From assembly GCA_002104905.1 (NCBI GenBank), contig MCFE01000505.1:1362-65361 (forward strand): 64,000 bases of DNA, given 5' to 3'. The stretch is from Basidiobolus meristosporus CBS 931.73. Its lineage: Eukaryota; Fungi; Basidiobolomycota. The first letter of the stretch is position 1. Every line of letters starts with the position of its first letter. Positions 23,614 to 35,612 of the stretch are shown in pieces. The position numbers and the translations under genes were made by a program. The notes below the pieces were generated by a model. It made no database searches. It had not been told where the DNA came from and worked only from the letters and a program-made list of their open reading frames with translations.

Positions 23614-26600
23614 ATGGATTCTTTGAGACAGGATATCTTAAATCAACGCAAGAATTCCTTACCTTCGGATTCACTGACACTTTCCCAACTGAAACAGATT
23701 ATCCATCAGATTCCCAACAAAAACAAGGTTTTTCCCAGCTCGTGGTTGAGACTCGTTGATGGCGTTACCATTAATCCTTGTTTCTTTAGCAACTACATTA
23801 TCAATTTACCTATGGTGATACAGATGCGCTTCCTAGGGAGTTGGACGAGTTTTTTGGTTACCGCGAAATCAACAAGCTTCTAGAATTAAGACATGTTATG
23901 GACGATGTCAAGGAATCAGGTAGATCCGTAAAGCACTGTTGCACCATTCCTTTCGGGAAAACTCGCCCCTAAAACACTCCAAAGATTGGACAGAACGGAC
24001 CCTGAACGAAAGGAGAGATTATATTGAGGTGTTGTTGGAAACCCTGGAGCTAAAGATTGGCGACATACGACAGTTGGCGGCCAAAGCCCTACTATACATA
24101 TCATTAGGTACTCTCACTAGCAGCAGACATCACTATGTTAGGCTAATACATCCATAACAACAGGCACATTCGGCGAGTGTAGCACACCACATCAGCATTT
24201 AATATGGATAATAGAAAACAACAAAACTCTGAGATCTTGTGGCGCACTGGTTAGTTTTTACCAAGGATTGAAGCTAGCCTATGCCAACTACGAGCAGATG
24301 CGGTAAGAGGTTCTCAGAATGAAGCGGTACTACTGATGGCCGTCTAAGCCCTCCAACCAGCGACGCTCGCTTAGATTCGGAAGAGGAGGCCGAATGCTCG
24401 GATAAGATGGGACAAGCGTTCAACGAGATCGACCTATTCCTGACGTTGATCTATTTTCTCATCGAGACGCACCGCGGAGAGAAGAAATTCGGAGACGAGT
24501 TGGGTAGCGAGCGAACTTTCCAACGTGGTGATCTCCCGCTCAAACTAATTGCTTCGGTCACATCTAGCTGCCTTGGATACGCCGATACTGGAGTTTTTGT
24601 TCCATATGCTAGAAAAGCTGAAGTACTCTAATCGACGCTCTTTCTGTCCGAAGAAAGTAAGGTAGTTTCCATCTGACGCGTGTATCAGCAGAGTTGTAAC
24701 CGAGCTTTCGAGAAGCTTCTTCTAGTGATTTGGAAAACCATGCTGGCTATGCTTGGTGGCTTCGACAATATAGAATTGTTAAAGAACCCAACCAGAAGCC
24801 TTAACGACCTGCCGTTCTACTATAATCAGCGTAAGCCTAGCTTTGGCCACCGTTTTACTCTACCACCGCTTTACCAACCTAAATCCCAACAGCCACCAAG
24901 CCAAAAACCACCCCATTCGATTATCATCACTTCTGCTTCGACATGTCCCTCAAATTCCCGTCATTCTTTTCTGACCCCGAAGAAAACCCTCTGGTACACC
25001 AATTCGAACGCACCTGCGGGTTGACGAAGACATCTTCGTTCAACAGGCCCTTTGTGCTGCCCCTGACGCTTGACTCTCCAGTCATACCCGAGTCGATCTC
25101 CGAGGCCAAGGAGATGTATGAGAAGTTTATGTACATAAGCCCCGGGATGATCCAGATGCATAAAGAGACCGAGCTGATACGCAGATACGAGAGAGGCTTC
25201 CTGGAAAAGGATGAGCGGTTCACCGAATACATGGACCAATCAGATGACATCGCTTGGAAGATCAATGCGAAGCAGACAACAGAGCAAATCCAGGATGAGG
25301 AGAACAAGATCCACGAGGCGCGAGGAATCCTAAGCAGAATCGAGAATCTATACGTGAGTGTTGTAGGCTACGTTCACCAATCCAGACCAGCTAACAGCGC
25401 CTCTGTGTAGACATCGTTGTTGCCCATCACTCAGAATATGGTGGTGATCCTGTTGAAGATGCTTCTTGCCACCATCAACAACAACAACAACAACAGCGAT
25501 GCGTCGAAGAAAGGCAAAACCACCAAAGGTTAGTACTCGAGTATTGATTGGACCAATGTAGGTCTAATTCGGACCACAGGCGACCCTGGCCCACTTTTCA
25601 ATCCGGAGACCTTGGACATGCAGACGATCGGAGCGATCGAAACTACACGCTACAAGGAGATCATAACCAAAGCTATCTCGGCCATCATCCTGTTGCTGCT
25701 GAAGTATTACAAACTAAATCGTATACATACATTCATTGTGATCTACCCAGCAGAGTCGATATATTGACCACCTGTTTCATGAGCAGATATTCTGAAGTTT
25801 GAATACCTTTGCCAACTCTTGCTTGATTCCAATTGTCTGCTCCTGATTTTGAAGATCTTTAGTGAGCAAGACGTGTCAGTAACCACTAGCGTTCGTAACG
25901 ATATCAAACAACTAAAGTCAGTCACTCTTTCCGGACATCTGCGTGGACCAGCCGACACTAACGTCTTTGAAGCTTCATGCAGTACAGCAGATATTCGTCA
26001 GCGAAGCTGCCGGTAGACATCAATACGATAAAGCAGGAGATTTTCAAAGCTCAGGAAAGGAACGAAGCCAAATACGGATCCAAAGAAGGGCGTCAAAAGC
26101 ATGCAAACGCGATGGTCGTCTCTTGGAGAAATATGTTCTCTGCCATCAACTTGTTCCGAATTCTGCAGAAGCTAACCAAGCGCAAAAAGCATCGGATCCT
26201 GCCCACCGTCCTGACCTACAAATCGACGGTATGTTTTGAGCAGCTCGGGTGTCAGCCACCACCCATTAACCTTCTTTCCATGTACAGAATATGCTCAAGA
26301 GAGTTTTGAAAGTTACTCAGCCTCAGCTGCAATTGTATGCCTTGAAGTTTTTGAAAAATCAGATTCCCTATCTTGGGAGGAAGTGGAGACAGAGTAAGCT
26401 GCTCCGCGCACACCCTTTACTTGTCCCTCGGCTAAGCGAGCATTTATGTTAATTAGGCAATATGAAGCTGGTGACCTCTATCTACATGTACTGCCGACCA
26501 GAGCTAAAGGAAGACTGGATGTGTCTGATCGAGGGAGAAGAGCAACTTGACGAAGCGATGGTAAGTCTGCACTCGCAAGCATTCCCCTGGTCAAGGCTCC

Positions 26601-27132
26601 TTCTAATATTTCCACTCTCTAGGGACAAGAGCAATCCCTGCGAGCAATCATATCATTCTACAACGAGGTCCGCTACCCACAAATCTTTCCGAAACCCGCC
26701 TCATCGGGAGAGACCAAGCGTTCTTCAGTGGGCTCCACGGAGTCCTCCCTAGAGCACAGTCTGCCGGAGAACGAGTTGCTAGACGATAATTTCAAATTGA
26801 ATTACGAGAAGTGGCTACAGGACGAGGTATTTTACAACACACCCCCAACCGAAGTGATTGTGGGCGTCAGTGATTATTATGAGGATGATCTACTGGAGCA
26901 TGCAGGTATACTCTCACCAAGGTCTCCGGATACCCCCCATTTCTTCGCTGACGACGGGAGCGACGAAGCAGCTGGCTTGTCCACCGATCTAAACTCGGAA
27001 AGCATAAGTCGGATAGAACGTGAGATCAAGGCCAAGCACGAGATGTTAGAAGACGAAGACGCTGATCTGGATGATGGCTACATGCAGTGTCGGCAGATCG
27101 ACCTTGCCTCCCTCCAAGAACACCCCCAATAA
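23614..27132 (+). CDS. FAR11: STRIPAK subunit Far11/STRIP1 (N1221 + DUF3402-type regions), multi-exon
   Basis: YGDTDALPRELDEFFGY, RYKEIITKAISAIILLLLK, LLLDSNCLLLILK, SWRNMFSAINLFRILQKLTKRK, IYMYCRPELKEDW, FKLNYEKWLQDEV. Confidence 0.92.
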
Positions 27133-27230
27133 ATGAACTTGACAATTTCGTAGATGTCCACCAGCTGGTGGCTAGCTTTATATATTTACGAGCTATGTTA
27201 TTTACAATGATGGCGGGGATGTTCACTGAT

Positions 27231-27506
27231 TCACCTGGAGGAAACACTACAATCTCTACGCCTGAGGTATCTTGTCAGGTTCCTGGCGACATCGAACTCC
27301 GAACGGATGGTCTTTTTGTTTTCATAATACACTTCAGCAATCTCCAGTATCTCATCCGGGCGGAATTGGTGACTCCAATGGGGACTTGCCGGAGCGATAG
27401 CTTTCATTTCGGGTTGACCAGCGTCGATTGGGTTAGGTCTACGGGCCATGATATGCGAGTAGAAAGCTGCAGCGTCTTCCACGATGATTGTTGATAAGGT
27501 AGACAT
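27231..27506 (-). CDS. Small hypothetical protein (~91 aa)
   Basis: ORF MSTLSTIIVEDAAAFYSHIMARRP... with a TATA-like element ~45 nt upstream. No recognised motif. Confidence 0.3.
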   Translation of the reverse strand: MSTLSTIIVEDAAAFYSHIMARRPNPIDAGQPEMKAIAPASPHWSHQFRPDEILEIAEVYYENKKTIRSEFDVARNLTRYLRRRDCSVSSR

Positions 27507-27773
27507 GTTCAAGCGAGGGGATGCTGGGATGATCGAAATCAAGGTTGTTTATATATCAACCTTGTTGATTCACCGAACAATGCCCATCTCTCTATCCGAC
27601 TTTGTTGGAATGTGAAACTCCACAATGGATTTGACAGCTTTGGCTTGGTGCCGGTGCTCTATCGCCAGCTGTCAGATCCATCAAAAAATTAATTAATTGG
27701 AAACAACGACGATTCCGCTGTCCTTCCGAACTAAATGAATCCCTTCAATTCAGACCTGCATAAGTGGATGTTT

Positions 27774-27827
27774 AAAACTCTGGTGGGAATGGAATATCCG
27801 AAAACTCTGGTGGGAATGGAATATCCG
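27774..27827. repeat. Perfect 27-bp tandem duplication
   Basis: aaaactctggtgggaatggaatatccg x2 (27774-27800, 27801-27827). Confidence 0.9.
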
Positions 27828-28737
27828 TCTGGCTGTTGCGTGTCGAATCACCCCGTGAGTCACCCACACATACCATCCTGTGCATTGTATCGAGTTGGAA
27901 GTTTCCACATGTTCTCACAGCTTTCCCTAGGGAACACAACCCCAACTCCATCACCAGTTTCGATAAAGAACGAAAGCCCGCTCAATGCGATACTAGACCT
28001 TTAAGGAATCCAACTTGATATTTTTCCTCGTAAATGTGAGCTGGTGGCATGATACCAACGATACCCTACCCGGCGTGTCCAACTTACCGTTTGTCTGGTT
28101 GGAAACAAGATAATGAAGCATGCTCAAGTGCCATTCCTGAATCAATCTTCAAGTACTTGTTAGATCGATAGGTTCGAATGGATTTGAAACCTAAGTTGGC
28201 ACTCCAGCTACCACCTAGCCTACTCTGGCGCCACCAGCGAAATGAGGTATATATAGCACGACCAATAATAGACACGTGGACCCCAGATGACAAGAAATGA
28301 AGGGCACCAGATATGGCAATGGACTAACACATTAATGTCACACTACTCCAACTCTAACCCACACCTCCGTCCACAAATATCACTTGTGGGATTATGTAGG
28401 GGGTTTTATTGGTATTCTTGAACGTCTAAGGGATCATTCAATTGGATGGTGGTGAAATGGCCGAGCAGTGTGAAGAACCAAAAAGAAGCCCGGGGTGAAT
28501 AAATAACGAGGTACATATATAGATATATAGATGGATGCCGAGGTGAATTAGGGAGGAGCTTGCGTTGCGTGAAGAAAGAATTATTGAATGATGGGTTAAG
28601 TGTACATGGTGGGTGTCCTCTCGAGTGCGAGTGAATATTAGATTAGGCTCGTATTGAAATACTCATACAACGAAATTTACAGATTGAAATGGCTGCAAAT
28701 TGGATGAAAGCCAACCCCCGGGTCGCATGGGTTATTC

Positions 28738-30743
28738 CTAAACGACGATGGTGCTTTGCTCTCCATTGAAAGGGTGCCTCCAACCACATTGGAATTCGTC
28801 TGCATTGTAGGACCTGGTATCGCTTGTACTAGTGTTATACCCAATATGGTGCATCAGCAGGCTCTTCGATATAACCAAGGTCTGGCTGCATTCTTGGCAT
28901 TGCGGGTCCACGCCCAGCAAGCAATTCTGAAGAATGATATCCGGTGGGGTTTGGCTCGAAGAGAGAAGCAACTGGTGGGCCTTCTCCGCGATGTGCCGCT
29001 TAAAGATCAGTCCGCTTCCACCAGTACCAACGAATGCGCCGCAATGCTCGGGTACATGCTTGTTGGCATGGTACAGCACTCGCAAGAAGTCTGGCCAGGT
29101 ATTCTCGCACAGCGGGAAGTCATCCTCGACGATCTCGATGTACGAGGTCTGATACGTCTCGCTCACGAGCTTCATGGCTTTGGAGAAGTGGAGGTGTTGG
29201 TTCTTTTCAGAGCCGGGCTCCTGTACCCACCTCAGATACCTCTGTCCTTTACGCGTATTCTCAAACTTCATCTTCGCTCTCTCGAATGCAGGGTGATCAT
29301 CGAAGTGCGTATACACCACCATTTGGACTCTGGAGTAAAACGACTCCAACGCAGGCTCTGCCGGGAAGTGAGCCAAGTAGGATTCGATGGTGTTGGTCAA
29401 GAAGTCGGGTTGGCCGGGTCGAGGGGCAGTCATAACCAAGAATGTCATCAGATAGCGGTCCTCGCTGATAGAGGTAAGCGTTTCAGGGTCCACCTGAACG
29501 GGTCTAGTGTAGATCACATTACAAAATAGGAGCAGAACGGCAGCAATGCCCAAAACGAATGAGCACCGCTTGATTGCTTTCACAACGAGCTGCTTGATTG
29601 GCACGCTGAAGTAGCATTTCGAAATGCTGGGCATCTGTCTCATGATTTTTTGCCGCTTCATGACCGAGTACGATCCGATGGTCGCGACGAAGCCAACCAG
29701 TAGACCGCTGATGCTCCACCAAAAGGCGTTCTTTGGAAGGAAATTCAGCATGCACATAAACAACTGAATCCATACTTTCGACACCTTGATGCGAGTATCG
29801 ATCTCCTCGCCGTAATACAGGATGTACTTGTCGTGAAGGTTCACCGACTGGAAGACCAGCATGGAGAACAAAAACGGCGCCATTCCTAAAAGCTGCTGGT
29901 CAGCACCCCGTCTCAATGATACTAGTGAAGTGTGGTGGGTTTACCTTGGCTGCACTCGTGCAATGAATCGCTGAAGAATAGTATGGGAAGCGCCCAACCG
30001 GTTCCGCGGGAGAAAAGGTACCCGATGAACTGCCTTACTGCGCTGACTCCAACCAAAAGGCCGACAAAGGTGATCAAGAAACGCTTCGTTCCGCCCAGAA
30101 AATGGGACAACGACTCTTCGAACAGGCCCAGGGTGAGAAAATTGAGGCCCGATATCAGGAGGCCAACAGGGGTGAGCGGGATAAGGAACGGAGACAAAAG
30201 TAGACCAAGATATTCTTTACGGTAGAGAACAAATGAGGGGGCAGAACACACTTTGGTGGGAAGTAGGTTGAACAAGTTTAGTATGGAGAGGAGGGCGGAA
30301 AGGATAATGATTTGACGAGTGACCGTGGGCAGCGGCCATAGTGCAAGAATCCGATACTGCTTTCGCTTCAGCGGATTGTTCTCCTCCCCAGGAGGGGCCT
30401 GCGTGAACTGTGAAACATCGAAATACGGGGATTTTGCGTTTTCTTTGGAAAAGAAACCCTCGAGAAAACCTCTGGACTCCATTTTTTCCACACTCTCGTT
30501 GGCCTTGAAAGTGAGCTGGAAAGTAGGCCCGGAAGTTTGTAAGGAGATGGAGGTGGCTCTGCCTCTTGAGTGGCTTCTAGGGTGTGGGGAGGTGTTGCTA
30601 TTGTGGTGGTTTTGGCTATGGTCATGCAAAGGTAAAGGAGTGTCGGTCCACTCCGAGAGCCGTAGAAAGTCGTCCTCCTGCACTAGGCGTACAGACCGGC
30701 ATAAGTGAAGAAGGTTCCGATAGTTCGTTTCGTTCCCACCCAT
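28738..30743 (-). CDS. Rhomboid-superfamily-like multi-TM domain fused to a GT-A glycosyltransferase domain resembling MGAT4/GT54 (2 exons)
   Basis: The intron gtaaac...gctgac...cttttag joins HECSQ-G-MAPFLFS in frame. TM region: LLLSPFL / FEESL..FLGGTKRF / GLLVGF. GT region: MTAPRPGQPDFLTNTIES, IVEDDFPLC, FVGTGGSGLIF, PPDIILQNCL, LMHHIGYNTS. Confidence 0.75.
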
Positions 30744-31432
30744 GATTCTATGATAAAAATGGTGTAAAGGAAAGGATGAGAAGGAACGAGAGAAGGCAAG
30801 GAAAGGAGATGGAGCCTACGAGTAATTAAATAGGCCCAATGCAGCCTCCAGCTAATATATAAACCAAGGAGATTTCAGCGAGCGTTGGAGGGCGAATGGA
30901 TTTCTCACTCGCCGACTGCTAGATTAGGAACGAGGACTGAATTGCTTAATCGATACTTCAATATATGGATCAAACGGGTATTCAATTGTTTACGGAGATA
31001 AACGCAGGTTGCCCAGGGTGAAGGAACATTAGCGGTACCACGGTATGAAACCGGGGCTTAGATAGACGCGGCATGGGCAGACGAGTGGTAATTAGGCGGT
31101 ATAAACATCCACCATAGGCACCAGCAAGCAAGGGGATGCAAGATTAGTCTGATTGAGCGGGGTAACTAACGGTCCAGTGTGAGTAATCTTACCTTTCTGA
31201 TGGTTGGATTTGGTAGCCACATTTCGTGTAGCCAGAGTGAGAGGTGTGATTCGCCCGCCGTGCTTCACAGATGCTGTATATCACCACGGCTGATGTAACT
31301 ATATGCAATGCAATTATGTATATTGTCCAAGGGTGACTTTTCCCTAACTTGTTGCGCATGAGTAAATGCAAAGCCTCAGCCGTCGAAAGGTAGGTTTGGT
31401 TTTGCGCCGATGCCTTTTGTGGCAGGTTGGTA

Positions 31433-31555
31433 TGTAAATCCGTTCTTGATAATCAGTAGTTCAACGTAAATCCGGGCTAATTAAACCGAATGATTAAATC
31501 TGCCAACGTAAATCCGGACCAAAAGTGGGCTCGTCTAACCATATGATTAAATCTG
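31433..31555. promoter_or_regulatory. Cluster of five TAAATC(C/T)G elements in the divergent promoter region
   Basis: gtaaatccg at 31433; caacgtaaatccgg at 31462 and 31504; atgattaaatctg at 31490 and 31543. Confidence 0.5.
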
Positions 31556-31742
31556 GCTCAAGTTTGATAAGCCCACACTGATGCCCTCTTGAATCACTAT
31601 GATGGGATGGGATGACAATTGTTTATTTACTGCTCCAGAAAATCACCGGTATTGGATCACACTGATCTTGCCAATGAACGATCCATGGATTCGATTAATT
31701 AATGTTTAATTCCGATTTTTAGCTTTCAATTCTGTAGTCCTG

Positions 31743-31777
31743 ACGCGAAACCATACCTCCTTTTCACTTCAACGCGA
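31743..31777. promoter_or_regulatory. MCB/SCB/E2F-like elements (ACGCGAAA, ACGCGA) upstream of CSM1-like gene
   Basis: ACGCGAAA at 31743-31750 and ACGCGA at 31772-31777, 120-150 nt upstream of the ATG at 31897. Confidence 0.35.
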
Positions 31778-31896
31778 CACTGTGGTTGCCTTGACTTTCA
31801 TTTTGGTAGATCTGCTATTGATATCCCTCATATACAGTCTACAGAGTAGTATTCTTTACCGAGTTATCGCCGTTATACGTGCCTTTCGTTTACACA

Positions 31897-33553
31897 ATGC
31901 CCCCCAAGAAGAGCACCAAACCAAAAGCAACCGCCTCACCGGTAGGTTCAATCCCAAAGTGTCTGCTCTTGGAGCTTCCCCTTTTCTGATCAGCGCGCAA
32001 ACAGGTTTCCAAAAAGTCTGCTAAAAGCCGTGAAAGTCGGCACAAAGCTGGTGAGTATTCAATCGGTCCACAACTATCAAGACATCTTCTCATCGCTCTA
32101 CCCACCACCACATAGCTGTACACGACGACGACGACGAGCTTGCCAGTAGGTTTTTTCCCATTTTACTCACGCCCGCTCGAGGTTTTGATCTTTCTTCTCG
32201 TTCGTTGTAGTTTCAAATAACAGCGTATCCCCTGTACGTCGTTCTCCACGAAAGATCACCAAAGATGCCACAAAAAGCCAGCCGAAAAGAGGAAAAGTCT
32301 CCAAGATTAGCCCAGATAATACTCCTGAGCGTCCCAAGACGACCTCAAAGCCTAAATCTCGCCAAACACAAAAGGCTGAGGTTCAAGAGATTTCCACTAG
32401 TAGAGAAGATACCAAACAAGCAACAAAGAGCAAGGCTGGGTCCAAGAATGAGCCAACTAAGCCTTCTAGAGGTAGACCATCCAAGGCCACAAACATAGAA
32501 CCTATTTCAGAAGCGGAGCAGAGCCCGGAGCCGAAAACTCGTTTGTCGAGAAAAAGAGCATCTTTATCCACTGATGATTTACCACCGGCGAAACGCGGCA
32601 GAACACGGTCTGTTGCAGACACCCCGGAGTCTCCGTCCGTCGATATTTCTCTGAACGCGTCAGCCCAAGAGGAATCTCCATCTACTGGAAATGGTAGGAA
32701 AATTTCCAAAGTGTCCCTTTCACATAGAGCAGTAAATGGAAAAAAGCGAACCGCCTCCATTAATGATGCCGGTAAACCGGAGGAGCTGAAGCGAGTCAAT
32801 AAGCAATTGGAGGAACTGACCAAGAAATACGAGGAGTTGAAGAGAATTGGCATCCAGGATGCCGAGAAGACATTCAGCGAGTACAAAAATAATGCTGAAT
32901 TGCGATTCAAAGCTTCAGATGACGCTATCGACCGTTTAAAAAAGGAGCTCGCAAAACTCAAGGAGCAGAAGAGTGTAAAGAAGCAACTCGAAAATCAGAA
33001 ACTTTTAGAGCAGCAAGCTGAGGAATTGGAGTCTTTGAACAGCGAAGGTAGGCTTTCTAGCTTAGCCTTTTTATTATTCATGCGGATGCTAACGTTCTGA
33101 ATCTTCGTTCAGTGGCCAAGCTGAGGTCTGAAAGTGAGAAACTCAACGAAGAGAAGGTTTCCAGCGACACTGCGGAGATGGATTTGTCGCTTCAGCTTTA
33201 CAAGGAGCTATCCCAACTAAAGATCATGCAGATCGAGAAGACCGATCAAGAATTGATATTCACCTGCGAGCAGACTGGTGGTAAAGGAAGTAAGTGGCCA
33301 AATGATTCAGCAGAGAGGATTCACGAAAAGCTAAACAGGCGCTATTGTAGCATTGAAGTATCTTCTGCGTCAGGATTTGGACGATTTGGAAACATTCCAC
33401 TACGAGCCACTGCTGGATGAAGAAAACGATGCGGATTTAATCGAGCAGATTCCTGGTTACTTCAACGAGGCGATCTCCTTCAACAAAGCATATGCCAGTC
33501 TCTTCTTCTGGCGAGCTCTTGATTCGTTGAAAAAGGAGGCCAAGAAGCACTAA
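31897..33553 (+). CDS. CSM1: Monopolin subunit Csm1/Pcs1-like protein with a long basic disordered N-terminus, multi-exon
   Basis: Coiled coil followed by LQLYKELSQLKI...FTCEQTGGKG..LKYLL...FHYEPLLDEENDADLIEQIPGYFNEAISF...LFFWR, matching the Csm1/Pcs1 RWD-like domain pattern. Exons join in frame from MPPKKSTKPK. Confidence 0.75.
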
Positions 33554-33934
33554 ACGATGATTCCCCCATTTTCCTTCCACAAAGCCCATATTTTTGTTTC
33601 CCCACTGATTTGTACATTGCTTGCGCTGTCTCTTTCTTTACATAACGTTTGCTCCGAATACTTTTGAGGTGGCCAGTTTGTTCAACCACCTAATACACAC
33701 GTATACATATCTTCCGGTATATGTCTGAGCCTGAGCGTGCCAAAATTTTGCTAATAAAGTGCCAATGAATATGAAGACTGCTTATCGGGTGGAGGAGGCA
33801 AGCTCGATCATTTCCAGGGATCTCATTGGTGGTTGGCCGCTGCTGGGTAAACCCATTCGAACGAAAATTTCACTTGACTGGTTTGTAGGGCACAGGTTGA
33901 CTAATACTACCGGTGTAAAGCATATATTAAGACG

Positions 33935-35437
33935 ATGTCGTCGCAGGCAAATTGGAAAAACGTGAATAATTGGTAATCCAGGGTTTATTTGCTCACCTGA
34001 AGAACACTCTCACTGACTTTTCCTTGCCAACGACTCGTTTAGGCATTGGTATGATTTCTCCACAACTTCTCTTTACTTGGCGATGATATTCAATTCTTCT
34101 GTTCACTGCTAATCCAAGGACGGAAAAAAACTGTGCTCCGTGGGCCAAGGAGTATTTCTCCCGGGAGCTGAGGGACATTGGGGTTGTTGACAATGGGATC
34201 GAGGTGAAGACGACTTCGGTGACCGAAGTAATAGGCGATGTGGACCTGAATCAGAGGAAAGGAAAGATCTTCACTCTGTTTGATCTGAAGATTACTTTGA
34301 ATTGGGTTGGTTCCGACAAGAGCGGACTGCAGGTGAGCGGGAGAATCCACATTCCTGAAGTAGCCCACGATAGCGAGGTAGACGATTATGTGGTACGTAG
34401 AAGAGCATGTTCATTCTCCCGGATAGTATTTTATTTCCCCGTGGCTGACCATTTTTCTGTTTAGTTCAATATCACGGTGAACGACGACACCTCAGATAAA
34501 TACGATATCAAGCAAGTTGTACATAAAAAATTAACCAAAGAATTGCGCAAAAAACTCTCCAAATTCTCAAAGGATTTGGCTGACGGTAGCGTTGCTTGAA
34601 CGAATCGCTTGTATGTCCACCCGTTTCTAAACTTGTATGATCTATTTAGCTCACAGCAAAGACGTCTACATTGACCCTGCTGAATTAAGAACCCAACCAA
34701 GCCCCAGTGTTTCTGTCCCCGCTGCTACTGCCTCAGTCACCTCCACCCCCGCCGTTGGCACACCTGCTGCAGCTATGAAACCACATTCAGTCGTAAGCAA
34801 TCCCGCAAAGAAAACAAATGATTATTCAGAGCGTATCGAGTTCCCCACCAGCCCGAAGCTTCTCTACGGCTTACTCATGAACCAGAAAAGGGTCAAGTCT
34901 TGGTCTCGAGCAACCACCAACATTGATGACCAAGTGAATGGTAGATTTGAGCTCTTCAATGGGGAAGTAACCGGCAAATTCCTTGAGATTGTATGTTGCA
35001 ACCTTATTTGGTACTCTAGCCTTGGCACTGAACTGTATTTAATGTAGGCCCCTGAAGAAAAGATTGTAATGGAGTGGCGTTTGCCAAGTTGGGCTGAAGG
35101 TAAGGCAACACTCTAATGCTACCCCAACAACCTTTCACTAATTTATGGCCGTTTAGGCACCTGTACACGTGTCACACTCACCTTTGAGCCCCAAGACGAT
35201 GGGGACAACACAACCCTTATCCTCCACCAGACCGATATTCCCAAAGGCCAGCTGAACGTAGTCACTCACAAATGGAAGCTTCACTACTGGCAGCCATTGC
35301 AGGTCCTGATGGAGCGCAAGAAGAAAAAACAAGCCAGGGCTGAGCAGCGCGCCAGGGACGAGAAGTCCCTCTACATGTACTCAGCAGCAAGTGTGCTACT
35401 GGTGGGCGCAAGCTACTTGGCATACAAATTACTTTAA
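33935..35437 (+). CDS. AHA1: Hsp90 co-chaperone Aha1 (Aha1_N + AHSA1 domains) with extra C-terminal hydrophobic tail, multi-exon
   Basis: NVNNWHWTEKNC (assembled through a 6-nt exon), GDVDLNQRKGK..TLFDLKITLNW, SGRIHIPEVAHD, FELFNGEVTGKF, IVMEWRLPSW, W..HYW. Confidence 0.92.
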
Positions 35438-35612
35438 CATTCCCTTCACCATTTGCTGGAGAGGTTTCCCTTACAACTCAACGCATTTAACCTGGCATCA
35501 AATAAATATTGCAGAACAACCTAAGCTTGGTTTTATTGTTTCCTCTCTCAAAACGGCATGATTTCTAACGAGGTCTAAGATGAATGGGTATGCTTGTGCA
35601 ATGGTCCACCGC

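Noticed and set aside
27774-27827. Short direct repeats here and at 6174-6246 as possible CRISPR-like arrays
   Set aside because: Only two copies, no unique spacers, eukaryotic context, no cas genes.
28756-29529. 257-aa antisense ORF, plus similar shadows over POL5, RPS25, the metalloprotease, EHD3, ETP1 and SulP
   Set aside because: Opposite to clearly conserved genes with C/G-ending codon bias, which removes antisense stops.
31020-31380. Possible small spliced gene on the minus strand (one GTAAG donor)
   Set aside because: No consistent multi-exon reading frame or recognisable product could be assembled.
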